Numbered from the stretch's first letter, positions 50,636-60,869 are shown. The stretch: 64,000 nt of DNA from an uncultured Bacteroidales bacterium (GCA_947589325.1 CANQAM010000001.1:95834-159833), one strand, 5' to 3'. Translations and numbers: made by a program. Notes: a model not told the origin generated them from the letters alone.

Positions 50636-51223
50636 TTATTCGCCCACGACCACTTTGGCGAAGCGTATCACTTTGTCGTTCATCGTGTAGCCTTTCTGCA
50701 CGCAGTCGATTACTTTCCCTTTCTGTTCCGGAGTGGGAGCGGGGAAGGTGGTTACCGCCTCGTGGTATTCGGTATCGAAGTCGGCGTTTTCGGTTGGAAT
50801 TTCTTTCACGCCGTGCTGTTCGAGATAGCTTTTGAATTTGTTGTAAATCAGCTCGATGCCTTTCTTCACGGCTTCCACGTCGGCGTTGGAGGCGATGGCT
50901 TGCATGCCGCGCTCGAAGTCGTCGATGACGGGCAGAATATCTTTCAGGCACCCTTCGCCGCCGTTGCGTATGAGGTCGGCTTTCTCTTTGAGGGTACGTT
51001 TTCTGAAATTTTCGAGGTCGGCGCGCGCCAGCAGATAATCTTTTTTCAATTGTTCTGCTTCGGCTTTGAGGCGTTCGTTTTCCTCTGCCAATGTGTCAGT
51101 TTTGGGGGTGTCGGCATTTTCTTCTGCTGACACCTCTGCATTCGCTTCCGGTGTTTCCGGCGTCGCTTCCTTCGGGGTTTCCAACTCTTCCTCCGGTTGC
51201 TCTTTCGTATGTTTGTTTTTCAT
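50636..51223 (-). CDS. grpE: Nucleotide exchange factor GrpE
   Basis: ADLENFRKR, LPVIDDFER, FD..YHEAV, KGY.MNDKVIRFAKVVV. Confidence 0.97.
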   Translation of the reverse strand: MKNKHTKEQPEEELETPKEATPETPEANAEVSAEENADTPKTDTLAEENERLKAEAEQLKKDYLLARADLENFRKRTLKEKADLIRNGGEGCLKDILPVIDDFERGMQAIASNADVEAVKKGIELIYNKFKSYLEQHGVKEIPTENADFDTEYHEAVTTFPAPTPEQKGKVIDCVQKGYTMNDKVIRFAKVVVGE

Positions 51224-51293
51224 AATCAATAAATTGCAATTTCTTTTACCGTTTTACGGGCAGTCGCCGGCATCGCGCCGGCAACTCTATTTA

Positions 51294-51310
51294 TGCAAAA
51301 ATATTGCCAA
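51294..51310 (-). promoter_or_regulatory. Putative sigma54 (-24/-12) promoter of grpE-dnaJ
   Basis: Minus strand TTGGCAATATTTTTGCA = GG-N10-GC, about 70 nt upstream of grpE. Confidence 0.6.
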
Positions 51311-51341
51311 AATGGCAAATAAGTCTTTTTGACAGCCTGCC

Positions 51342-52163
51342 TTAATAGGCGCATGCTCCGCTCCAAATCCGGCAGCCGGCGAAAATCTTTTCCGCATCTT
51401 CGGGCAGCTGTTCGAACAGCCCGTAAACCGTCGAGCCGGAGCCCGACATCGCTGCATACGCCGCACCCGCCTCGTAAAGCCGTTTTTTCAACTCCGCCAG
51501 CTGCGGGTGGAGGGCAAAGACGCTCTTCTCGAAATCGTTTTCCACCCGCCCTTTCCACTCCGTTACGGGGCGTTGCAGCAGGTCGCGCAGGGCGACGGGC
51601 GGCACGGCGGGCGTTACGGCGGAGTAGGCTTCGGCAGTGGAAACCGCCACCGGCGGCTTCACCAACAGCAGGTGATACCCTTTCAGCGACAGCGCGAGAG
51701 GCGACAGCCGGTCGCCGATTCCCTCCGCCAGCATGGGGCGGTCGTATATGAAGAAAGCACAGTCCGCGCCTAATCGGGCGGCATAGTGCGCCAGCGCCTC
51801 GTCGGTGAGCGGCAGGGCGTAGAGGTCGCGCAGGAGGCGCAAGGCGTGAGCAGCGTCCGACGAGCCGCCGCCGAGACCCGCCCCGAAAGGAACGTTTTTG
51901 TGCAGGTACGCCTCCACCGGCGGCAGCGCAAAGTCCGCCGCCAGCAGCCGGTAGGCTTTTGCCACGAGGTTGTTTTGCGGGTCGCCGTCGATGGCGATGC
52001 CCGACAGATGCAGCCGGCACCCTTCGCCGTCGGCGGGAACCATTTCGAGGGCGTCGCACCACCCGACGGGGTAGAAAGCGGTGGCGATGTCGTGATAGCC
52101 GTCCGTGCGGCGGGAAATCACCTGCAAGCCCAGATTGATTTTGGCATTCGGAAAAACGACCAT
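51342..52163 (-). CDS. ispE: 4-diphosphocytidyl-2-C-methyl-D-erythritol kinase
   Basis: PNAKINLGL, DGYH, P.GAGLGGGSSDAA, GADC, MSGSGS. Confidence 0.97.
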   Translation of the reverse strand: MVVFPNAKINLGLQVISRRTDGYHDIATAFYPVGWCDALEMVPADGEGCRLHLSGIAIDGDPQNNLVAKAYRLLAADFALPPVEAYLHKNVPFGAGLGGGSSDAAHALRLLRDLYALPLTDEALAHYAARLGADCAFFIYDRPMLAEGIGDRLSPLALSLKGYHLLLVKPPVAVSTAEAYSAVTPAVPPVALRDLLQRPVTEWKGRVENDFEKSVFALHPQLAELKKRLYEAGAAYAAMSGSGSTVYGLFEQLPEDAEKIFAGCRIWSGACAY

Positions 52164-52327
52164 AAAAAATAATTTTTGCAAAGGTAGCGATTTTTCCGAC
52201 ACCCTTTGTCTTTCCGCGATAATCTCTTTTGTCGCGATGTCCGGCAGGGCAGGGGAGCGGCTTTTTCGCTGCATCTGTTTTTGTTTCGCGATAAATTGAC
52301 TACCTTTGCGCCGATAAAATTCCGTTC

Positions 52328-53233
52328 ATGGACAAGAAAGATGCACGCCGCACCCGCCGCCCCGACAAGACGGCTTTCTATCGGGTCGCCGAAGACGCCC
52401 GCCTGCTCGACTTCCTTTTCGCCACCTTCGGCGACAGGAGCAAGACGACCGTCAAGTCGTACCTTGCTCACCGGCAGGTCACGGTGAACAATGCGGTCGC
52501 CACGCGCTTCGACACGCCCCTGCACGCGGGCGACGAAGTGTCGGTCGATTTCACGCGCGGGTTTCCCGAGTTTCGCCACCCACGCCTGCGCATTGTCTAT
52601 GAAGACGAATACCTGCTCGTCGTCGATAAAGGCTACGGCTTGCTCTCCATGGCGACCGACCGCGTCCGCGAAAAGACCGCCTACCGCATACTGGCAGACT
52701 ACGTGCGGCAGTCCGACCCCGCTGCCCGCATATTCATTCTCCACCGGCTCGACCGCGACACGTCGGGGCTGATGATGTTTGCCAAGAGCCAAGCCGTGCA
52801 GGAGGCGATGCAGCGGGCGTGGAACGACATGGTCATCGACCGCCGCTACGTCGCTGTGGTCGAGGGCGAGCCCGACCCGCCGAAAGGCGAAATCACCTCT
52901 TACCTCAAAGAAAACGTCGCCTTTCAGGTCTATTCCACCGACGACCGCGAGAACGGCAAATTCGCCCGCACCGCTTACGAAGTCTTGGCGACCAACGGCC
53001 GCTACTCCCTCGTCGAGCTGCAATTGGCTACCGGACGCAAGAACCAGATTCGCGTGCACTTGCATGACATCGGGCACCCCATCGCCGGCGACCGCAAGTA
53101 TGGCGCTGCCGGCAATCCGCTCGGACGGCTGGCGCTGCACGCCGTCCGCCTGCGCTTCGTCCACCCCGTTACACGGCGCGACATGTTTTTCGAGACCCCT
53201 TTGCCGGCAGGTTTCCGACAAATTGTGCATTGA
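52328..53233 (+). CDS. RluA-family pseudouridine synthase
   Basis: S4-like N-terminus, HRLDRDTSG, TGRKNQIRVH, GHPIAGD.KYG. Confidence 0.95.
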   Translation: MDKKDARRTRRPDKTAFYRVAEDARLLDFLFATFGDRSKTTVKSYLAHRQVTVNNAVATRFDTPLHAGDEVSVDFTRGFPEFRHPRLRIVYEDEYLLVVDKGYGLLSMATDRVREKTAYRILADYVRQSDPAARIFILHRLDRDTSGLMMFAKSQAVQEAMQRAWNDMVIDRRYVAVVEGEPDPPKGEITSYLKENVAFQVYSTDDRENGKFARTAYEVLATNGRYSLVELQLATGRKNQIRVHLHDIGHPIAGDRKYGAAGNPLGRLALHAVRLRFVHPVTRRDMFFETPLPAGFRQIVH

Positions 53234-53331
53234 AAAACATAAATAAACAAAAATCTTATTACCTTTGCATACGCAAAAAAGAAGCGGCGTTTCCCCGAAA
53301 CCGCCGCATCGTTCGATAAAAGCAAGAAAAA

Positions 53332-55794
53332 ATGAATATTTCGTATAATTGGCTGAAAGAGTACCTGCATCTCACGCTCACCCCCGAAGAAACGGCGGCA
53401 GCCCTTACCTCCATAGGTCTTGAAACCGGCGGTATCGAAGAAGTGCAAGCCATACGCGGCGGGCTCGAAGGGTTGGTCGTAGGCAAAGTGCTTACCTGCA
53501 TCGACCACCCCGATTCCGACCACCTGCACATCACCACCGTCGATTTGGGCGACGGGCAGCCCGTGCAGATAGTCTGCGGCGCCCCCAACGTCGCCGCCGG
53601 ACAGCACGTCATCGTCGCCACCATAGGCACGGTGCTCTATTCCGGTGACCAGAGTTTCACCATTAAGAAATCGAAAATACGCGGCGCCGAGAGTTTCGGC
53701 ATGATTTGCGCCGAAGACGAAATAGGCATCGGCACCTCGCACGACGGCATCATCGTCCTGCCCGACACCGCCCGCCCGGGCACCCCCGCCAAAGAATACT
53801 ATCACCTCGAAAGCGATTATATACTCGAAGTCGATATTACCCCCAACCGCATCGATGCCGCCTCGCATTACGGCGTGGCGCGCGATTTGGCGGCATGGCT
53901 GCGCCGGCAGGGCGTGGAGCCCGAGCTGCACCGCCCCTCTGTCGAAGCCTTCCGCATCGACAATCCGGCGGGCGATGCCATAAAAGTATCCGTCGAAAAT
54001 CCCGAAGCCTGCATACGGTACAGCGGCTTGACGATACGCGGCGTCCGCGTCGCCGAAAGTCCCGACTGGCTGAAAAAACGCCTCTCCGCCATCGGCTTGC
54101 GACCCATCAACAACATCGTCGATATTACCAACTACCTGTTGCACGCCACCGGGCAGCCCCTCCACTGTTTCGATGTGAAACAGATATCGGGCGGCACTGT
54201 TCGGGTGAAGACCCTCCCCGAAGGCACCCCCTTCGTAACCCTCGACGAGGTAGAGCGCAAGCTCTCCGACCGCGACCTCATGATATGCAACGACCGCGAA
54301 GGTATGTGCATCGCCGGTGTATTCGGCGGGTTGCAGTCGGGCGTAACCGCTGCCACCACCGACGTCTTTCTCGAATCCGCCTGTTTCCACCCCACATGGG
54401 TGCGCAAGACAGCCCGCCGGCACGGACTTTCTACCGACGCCTCTTTTCGCTTCGAGCGCGGCGTCGATCCCAACGACACCCTCTATGTGCTCAAACGTGC
54501 CGCCCTCTTGGTCAAGGAGCTGGCAGGCGGCGAAATCGCCGGCGACATCGTCGATATCTATCCCGAGCCGGTCGCCCCGTACCCCGTAACCCTCGCCTAC
54601 GACCACATCGACGCCCTCGTCGGCAAGCAGATACCTCACGACGTCGTGCGCGAAATACTCCGCTCCCTCGAAGTCGAAATCGTTTCCGATGCCGACGGCG
54701 TGCTCACCCTGCGCGTCCCCACCTACCGTGTCGATGTGCGCCGCCCCGTCGATGTCATCGAAGACATACTCCGTATCTACGGTTACAACAACGTGGAGGT
54801 TACCGACACCGTACACTCCAACCTCTCCTATAAAACCCCGACCGACAGCAGCTACGCCATGCAGCGGCTTATCTCCGAACAGCTTACCGGCTGCGGCTTC
54901 AACGAAATCATGAACAATTCGCTCACGAAAGTAGCTTATTATGCCGACTCCGCCCTGTTCCCCGCCGACCGCTGCGTCCGCCTGCTCAACCCCCTGAGCG
55001 CCGACCTCAGCGTCCTGCGCCAGACCCTTCTGTTCGGCGGGTTGGAGAGCATCGCCCGCAATATCAACCGCCGCCGTCCCGACCTCCGTTTCTACGAGTT
55101 CGGCAACTGTTACCGCTTCGACCCAGCCGCCGATGCCTCCGTCAAGGTGCTCGCTCCGTACAGCGAAACGCAGCATCTCGCCTTGTGGATTACCGGCAAC
55201 CGCGTCGCCGGCAGTTGGGCGCACCCCGATGAACGCGCCGGCGTATTCGAGTTGAAAGCCCATGTCGAAAACATCTTCGCCCGCATCGGTATTGAAAGCC
55301 GCCGCCTCACTTTCACGCAGAGCGCCGACGAGCTTTTCTCCGCCGCCCTCGACATCGCTTCGCGCGACGGTCGCGCGGTCGGTCGTCTCGGCATCGTCGC
55401 CCGCAAAATGCTGAAAAAGTGCGACATCGACGCCGAAGTCGCATTCGCCGAACTCGACTGGTCGCTCCTCATGCGCATGGCAGGCAAGAAAGTTACCTTT
55501 ACCGAGATACCCAAATATCCCCCTGTCCGCCGCGATTTGGCGCTTCTGCTCGACAATGCCGTCACCTTTGCCGACGTCGAGAAAACCGTGCTCGAAACCG
55601 ACCGCCGCATCATACGCAGTGTAACCCTTTTCGACGTCTATGAAGGCAAAAACCTTCCCGCCGGCAAAAAGTCGTATGCCGTAGCCCTGCTTTTGCAGGA
55701 CGAGACAAAGACCCTCGACGAGCGGCAAATCGAAAACACCATGCAGCGCGTTGTCGCCAACCTCCGCAGCAAACTCGGCGCCGAGCTGCGATAA
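53332..55794 (+). CDS. pheT: Phenylalanyl-tRNA synthetase beta subunit
   Basis: MNISYNWL, IVCGAPN, TPNR.D, RFERGVD, RRDLA, FDVYEG. Confidence 0.98.
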   Translation: MNISYNWLKEYLHLTLTPEETAAALTSIGLETGGIEEVQAIRGGLEGLVVGKVLTCIDHPDSDHLHITTVDLGDGQPVQIVCGAPNVAAGQHVIVATIGTVLYSGDQSFTIKKSKIRGAESFGMICAEDEIGIGTSHDGIIVLPDTARPGTPAKEYYHLESDYILEVDITPNRIDAASHYGVARDLAAWLRRQGVEPELHRPSVEAFRIDNPAGDAIKVSVENPEACIRYSGLTIRGVRVAESPDWLKKRLSAIGLRPINNIVDITNYLLHATGQPLHCFDVKQISGGTVRVKTLPEGTPFVTLDEVERKLSDRDLMICNDREGMCIAGVFGGLQSGVTAATTDVFLESACFHPTWVRKTARRHGLSTDASFRFERGVDPNDTLYVLKRAALLVKELAGGEIAGDIVDIYPEPVAPYPVTLAYDHIDALVGKQIPHDVVREILRSLEVEIVSDADGVLTLRVPTYRVDVRRPVDVIEDILRIYGYNNVEVTDTVHSNLSYKTPTDSSYAMQRLISEQLTGCGFNEIMNNSLTKVAYYADSALFPADRCVRLLNPLSADLSVLRQTLLFGGLESIARNINRRRPDLRFYEFGNCYRFDPAADASVKVLAPYSETQHLALWITGNRVAGSWAHPDERAGVFELKAHVENIFARIGIESRRLTFTQSADELFSAALDIASRDGRAVGRLGIVARKMLKKCDIDAEVAFAELDWSLLMRMAGKKVTFTEIPKYPPVRRDLALLLDNAVTFADVEKTVLETDRRIIRSVTLFDVYEGKNLPAGKKSYAVALLLQDETKTLDERQIENTMQRVVANLRSKLGAELR

Positions 55795-55840
55795 ACTCCG
55801 AAAAATCATACATTATATATAATAGAAAAAACAGAACAAT

Positions 55841-56566
55841 ATGGGAAGAGCATTTGAATACCGGAAAGCCCGTAAACTCAAACGGTGGGGCAACATGGCA
55901 CGCACCTTTACCAAACTCGGAAAAGAAATATCCATCGCCGTAAAAGCCGGCGGTCCCGACCCCGACGCCAACCCCCGCCTCCGCGTCCTCATTCAGAACG
56001 CCAAAGCCGCCAACATGCCGAAAGAAAACGTCGAGCGCGCCATCAAAAAAGCCACCTCCAAAGACGAAGGCGACTACAAGGAAGTACTCTTCGAGGGCTA
56101 CGGACCCTACGGCATCGCCATTGTCGTCGAAACCGCCACCGACAACAACAACCGCACCGTCGCCAACATTCGCAGCTACTTCAACAAAGCCGGCGGCTCG
56201 CTCGGCACCTCCGGAAGTCTCTCCTTTCTTTTCGAGCACAAAAGCGTGTTCCACGTCAAACCCAAAGACGGCGTGTCGCTCGACGACCTCGAACTCGAAC
56301 TCATCGATTTCGGTGTCGATGAACTCGATGCCGACGACGAAGAAATCGTACTCTACGGCGAATTCGAATCCTTCAACGCCATACAGAAATACCTCGAAGA
56401 CAACGGCTTCGAGATTACCTCTGCCGAGTTCGAGCGCATTCCCAACGACACGAAAGAAGTGACCGACGAACAGCGCGCCCAAATCGAAAAACTCATCGAG
56501 CGCATCGAAGACGATGAAGACGTGCAAAATGTCTTCCACAATATGAAAGAACCCGACGAAGAATAG
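55841..56566 (+). CDS. YebC/PmpR family protein
   Basis: GGPDP..NP.L, NMPK.N.ERAI, EGYGP.G, TDN.NRT, DVQNVFHN. Confidence 0.96.
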   Translation: MGRAFEYRKARKLKRWGNMARTFTKLGKEISIAVKAGGPDPDANPRLRVLIQNAKAANMPKENVERAIKKATSKDEGDYKEVLFEGYGPYGIAIVVETATDNNNRTVANIRSYFNKAGGSLGTSGSLSFLFEHKSVFHVKPKDGVSLDDLELELIDFGVDELDADDEEIVLYGEFESFNAIQKYLEDNGFEITSAEFERIPNDTKEVTDEQRAQIEKLIERIEDDEDVQNVFHNMKEPDEE

Positions 56567-56825
56567 CCTAAAAAATAGTTTCTTTTCATTTCGGTCGGGC
56601 AGACGCAGCAAAGCGGCTGCCCGATTTTTTTACCCGCCGACGGAAAAAAGAAAGCCGCATACGCTTTCCTCTCTCGCAGCGCGTACACCTTTTCCGCCAC
56701 TCGCGCGGAGCGCGGGTGGCAGGGTGGAGGCCCTCGCCTGCCGCCGCTCCCCTGCCGCAAAACGACATAAAAAAATCCCCTTGCGGGTTATCTGCAAAGG
56801 GAAAGCGTTTCTCCGCAAAAGCCGT

Positions 56826-57227
56826 TCACACCGCCGTCAGTTCCGCCCCGATGCGCCGGATTTCCGCTTTTATCGATTCCAACCGTTCGGGCGACGGACG
56901 TTTCGACCCGCTGATATACTGAGCCAACAGGCTTTGCGCCATACCCAACCGCCGCGCTATGGCAGAAGCGTTGATTTCAGGGTGCGCCATGAACAGGTCG
57001 TATAACGTATTCTCCTTTTTGGAACGGAAAAATCCCTCGAAACTCAAATCCTCGTCGAGTTCCTCCCAGTGAATGCCGAAAGCATCGTGTGAGAAATTCG
57101 CCCGCTGCGCCGGCGTTGCATATTTCAGACGCGGGTAGTCGGCAAACTTTTCGCAAGCCACCCTGCCGTCGTCCGTCCGAATGCACACCCCCGTATCGGA
57201 AAGCCATATATCCCTAACTGTAATCAT
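56826..57227 (-). CDS. DUF2442 + HTH protein (putative antitoxin)
   Basis: YPRL..AT..QR, GIHW.ELDEDLS (DUF2442) followed by HTH INASAIARRLGMAQSLLAQYISG. Confidence 0.88.
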   Translation of the reverse strand: MITVRDIWLSDTGVCIRTDDGRVACEKFADYPRLKYATPAQRANFSHDAFGIHWEELDEDLSFEGFFRSKKENTLYDLFMAHPEINASAIARRLGMAQSLLAQYISGSKRPSPERLESIKAEIRRIGAELTAV

Positions 57228-57229
57228 AA

Positions 57230-57467
57230 CTATTTGTTGCTGTTAAAAAATTTGTTCCAATGTTCGGCAATGATTTCGCGGTTTTCTTCGATGACCGCTT
57301 CAACCATTTTCAGCTCCGCCGGCTTTAAGCCGTGATTTTCGACCAACGAAACAGGGTTCAAAGAAAACTTTGCCCGTATCCCCTTTCACGACGTGTACGT
57401 GAATAGGCTCGTGGTCGTTGGCGTAAAACATGAATCGGAAACCGAATAAAATAAAAATAGTAGGCAT
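57230..57467 (-). pseudogene. DUF4160 family protein (putative toxin), frameshifted
   Basis: MPTIFILFGFRFMFYANDHEPIHVHVVKG in one frame; RAKFSLNPVSLVENHGLKPAELKMVEAVIEENREIIAEHWNKFF in another; span 238 nt (3n+1); break at aaaggggatacgg (~57375-57387). Confidence 0.85.
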
Positions 57468-57809
57468 TGCTTTCAATATTTGGAAAGTACAAATATAGGT
57501 AATAAATTTATTACCCGCAAAAGAAAACAAAAAAAATTTCCACCTCGCCGTTTTTCCCCGCCGCACTCTACCCGCCGTGCCGCAAAGAAAAAGAGAAAGC
57601 CACCCGCCTATGCGGGTGGCGGGAGAGGGAAGTGCGTCCACTCGCTCCCGACCCGCCGTCCCATTTTTTTATTTTCCTTTTTTCCTCGTCCTGCTTTTTT
57701 ATTTCGGGAAAATCCCGACTCCCAACGAATTGATTTTTATACATAACTTTTTGTCTTTTTCAAAAAATATATTATATTTGCAACAATAAGGTATTTATAA
57801 ACAGAATTT

Positions 57810-58814
57810 ATGAATTATAACAATTTGGAAAACTCTGTAAAATACTTCGCGGGAGAACACGGAGTACATTTCGGATTGTCAGTCGATACCGTCGGCTTCC
57901 AGTCGGTGAAGCCGGGCGAACACTACCCGCCGACTACCCACCCGTCAGGCTTCTACTTCAACACTGTCAAGGGGCGCACCCTCCAAGAATACCAACTGCT
58001 CTACATCACCAAAGGCAGTGGCACTTTTGCCTCTGCCCACCGTCCCGACCAACCGCTCGAAAAAGGCTCGCTGGTATGCCTCTTCCCCGACGAATGGCAC
58101 ACCTACCACCCCAATGAAAAAAACGGTTGGAACGAATACTACATCGGCTTCAACGGTGCCGCTGCTCTGACATACCTCGACGAAGCCGGCATAACGCCGG
58201 AAAACCCTATCCTGAAAGTCGGCTTCAATGCCGACTTGGTGCGCCTTTTTCAAGAAGCCATAGAAGTGGGAAAAACCGACAAAAATGCCGTGCAAGAACG
58301 CCTCAGCAGCATCATCGTACACATACTCGGCTTGGCGTGCTACCTCTCGCGCAACAACACCTTCGAAGACGACAACATCGGTCAGAAAATAGAACGTGCC
58401 AAAATCATCATGATAGAAAACCTCTACAAAGAAGTCGATGTCGAAGAACTTGCCGCCAAACTCAACCTCTCGTACAGTTGGTTCCGTAAACTCTTCAAAG
58501 AATACACCGGCTACGCCCCGGCCAAATACTATCAGGAACTCAAAATAAAAAAAGCCGAAGACCTGCTCGTACACACCTCTTTTTCCGTGAAAGAAATCGC
58601 CTATATACTCAATTACAAGTCGTCGGAGCATTTCTTCTCCCTCTTCAAGAAAAAAAACGGATTTACCCCGCTGGAATACCGCGTCCACATACGCGGCAGC
58701 GAATCGGGTGAGAATGTACGCGGAAACCGGCGCGACGAACTGCCCCCGCTTCCCGAACCTTCGGAAAAACTCATCGACGAGCTGCTCATCGACCACCACC
58801 ACAGAGAAAATTGA
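57810..58814 (+). CDS. AraC-family transcriptional regulator
   Basis: Cupin-like N-domain (HP..F, GR.LQEYQL, WH.Y.P); double HTH (LSYSWFRKLFKEYTG, SVKEIAY, FKKKNGFTP.EYR). Confidence 0.95.
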   Translation: MNYNNLENSVKYFAGEHGVHFGLSVDTVGFQSVKPGEHYPPTTHPSGFYFNTVKGRTLQEYQLLYITKGSGTFASAHRPDQPLEKGSLVCLFPDEWHTYHPNEKNGWNEYYIGFNGAAALTYLDEAGITPENPILKVGFNADLVRLFQEAIEVGKTDKNAVQERLSSIIVHILGLACYLSRNNTFEDDNIGQKIERAKIIMIENLYKEVDVEELAAKLNLSYSWFRKLFKEYTGYAPAKYYQELKIKKAEDLLVHTSFSVKEIAYILNYKSSEHFFSLFKKKNGFTPLEYRVHIRGSESGENVRGNRRDELPPLPEPSEKLIDELLIDHHHREN

Positions 58815-58950
58815 ACATATTTTTTACGGACGCAATCTTTTGCGCCCGTATTATTTTGTCCTCTCGAAAAAATATACTACCTTTGCTCCTGATTTTTGAG
58901 GCCATATAATGTCTAATTTAGTAGTAAGAAAATCAAATTATTAAACAACA

Positions 58951-60735
58951 ATGGAAGAAAAACAAGTCAATCCCGTCGAAAATTTCGACTGGGAAGCCTA
59001 TGAAAAAGGCGACGTAGTTACCGGCAAAAGCCGCGAAGAGTTGATCGAAACCTACGATCGCTCGCTCAACACCGTAAACGACAAAGAGGTAATCGAAGGT
59101 ACCGTCATCTCCCTCAACAAAAGAGAAGTCGTAGTAAACATCGGTTACAAATCGGACGGCGTCATTTCGATGAACGAATTTCGCTACAACCCCGACCTCA
59201 AAGTGGGCGACAAAGTCGAAGTGTACATCGAAAATCAGGAAGACAAAAAAGGACAGTTGGTACTCTCCCACAAAAAAGCGCGCGCAACCCGCTCGTGGGA
59301 TCGCGTAAACGCTGCCCTCGAAAACGACGAAATCATCAAAGGTTACATCAAGTGCCGTACCAAAGGCGGTATGATTGTCGATGTATTCGGCATCGAAGCC
59401 TTCCTGCCCGGCTCGCAAATCGACGTAAAACCCATACGCGACTACGATGTATTCGTTGGCAAAACGATGGAATTTAAGGTCGTAAAAATCAATCAGGAAT
59501 TTAAGAACGTCGTTGTTTCGCACAAAGCCCTCATCGAAGCCGAGCTCGAACAACAGAAAAAAGAAATCATCGCCAAACTCGAAAAAGGTCAGGTGCTCGA
59601 AGGTACCGTCAAGAACATCACCTCTTACGGCGTGTTCATCGACCTCGGCGGCGTGGACGGTCTTATCCACATCACCGACCTCTCGTGGGGCCGCGTAAGT
59701 CACCCCGAAGAAATCGTTTCACTCGACCAGAAACTCAACGTCGTGATACTCGACTTCGATGACGAGAAGAAACGCATTGCACTCGGTCTGAAACAACTCA
59801 CCCCGCACCCGTGGGACGCTCTCGACCCCGACCTCAAAGTGGGCGACAAAGTGAAAGGCAAAGTCGCCGTGATGGCCGACTATGGCGCATTCGTAGAAAT
59901 AGCTCCGGGCGTCGAAGGGCTTATCCACGTATCGGAAATGTCGTGGTCGCAGCACCTGCGCAGCGCACAAGACTTTATGAAAGTAGGCGACGAAGTCGAA
60001 GCCGTCATACTTACCCTCGACCGCGAAGAACGCAAAATGTCGCTCGGTATCAAACAGCTCAAACCCGATCCTTGGGAGAGTATCGAAACCAAATATGCCG
60101 TAGGTTCGCGTCATCAGGCAAAAGTGCGCAACTTCACCAACTTCGGCGTGTTCGTCGAAATAGAAGAAGGCGTCGAGGGCTTGATTCACATCTCCGACCT
60201 GTCGTGGACGAAGAAAATCAAACACCCCTCCGAATTTACCCAAATCGGCGCCGACATCGAAGTACAAGTACTCGAAATCGACAAGGAAAACCGTCGTCTC
60301 AGTCTCGGACACAAACAGCTCGAAGACAACCCGTGGGACGCATTCGAGAGCGTATTTACCGTAGGCTCCGTACACCCGGGCACCATCGTCGATATGCAGG
60401 AAAAAGGCGCTGTCGTAGCACTGCCCTACGGCGTCGAAGGTTTCGCCACTCCCAAACATTTGGTGAAAGAAGACGGTACACAGGCACAGGTCGATGAAAA
60501 ACTCGACTTCAAAGTTATCGAGTTCAACAAAGACGCCAAACGCATCATACTCTCGCACAGCCGCATATTCGAAGATGCCGCCAAAGCCGAAGCCCACAAA
60601 GAGGCTTCCGCAAAGAAAGCTGCAAAGAAAGCTGCCAAAGCAGCCGAAGAAGCCGCAGCTCCCCAAGTGGAAAAAACCACGCTCGGCGACATCGAAGAAC
60701 TGGCTGCCCTCAAAGAAAAACTCTCCGGAAAATAA
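58951..60735 (+). CDS. rpsA: 30S ribosomal protein S1
   Basis: Six S1 domains (AFLPGSQ, GLIHITDLSW, GLIHVSEMSW, GLIHISDLSW). Confidence 0.98.
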   Translation: MEEKQVNPVENFDWEAYEKGDVVTGKSREELIETYDRSLNTVNDKEVIEGTVISLNKREVVVNIGYKSDGVISMNEFRYNPDLKVGDKVEVYIENQEDKKGQLVLSHKKARATRSWDRVNAALENDEIIKGYIKCRTKGGMIVDVFGIEAFLPGSQIDVKPIRDYDVFVGKTMEFKVVKINQEFKNVVVSHKALIEAELEQQKKEIIAKLEKGQVLEGTVKNITSYGVFIDLGGVDGLIHITDLSWGRVSHPEEIVSLDQKLNVVILDFDDEKKRIALGLKQLTPHPWDALDPDLKVGDKVKGKVAVMADYGAFVEIAPGVEGLIHVSEMSWSQHLRSAQDFMKVGDEVEAVILTLDREERKMSLGIKQLKPDPWESIETKYAVGSRHQAKVRNFTNFGVFVEIEEGVEGLIHISDLSWTKKIKHPSEFTQIGADIEVQVLEIDKENRRLSLGHKQLEDNPWDAFESVFTVGSVHPGTIVDMQEKGAVVALPYGVEGFATPKHLVKEDGTQAQVDEKLDFKVIEFNKDAKRIILSHSRIFEDAAKAEAHKEASAKKAAKKAAKAAEEAAAPQVEKTTLGDIEELAALKEKLSGK

Positions 60736-60869
60736 TTCTTCCGGAACACCGATAGAAAGAGCGCGTAGGGTCGATACGCGCTCTTTTGTTTTTTTTGAAA
60801 AAAAACGCGAAATTCCGCAACGGAATCGGGACGAATGATTATATTTGCCCCGTAAAAAAGTGTTTAATT

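Noticed and set aside
53002-55809. 935-aa antisense ORF opposite pheT (likewise 32961-34652, 41298-42728, 48020-49189, 62070-63311)
   Set aside because: Shadow frames caused by GC3-rich codon bias of well-supported genes on the other strand; no recognisable motifs.
52248-56756. 14-bp inverted match ggcaggggagcggc (52248-52261 vs 56743-56756) as an inversion boundary
   Set aside because: Short and GC-rich, encloses essential core genes, and no recombinase is nearby; chance or a dispersed repeat fragment is more likely.
57300-57641. 113-aa ORF as an intact gene
   Set aside because: It fuses non-coding upstream sequence with the first half of the frameshifted DUF4160 gene and an out-of-frame tail.
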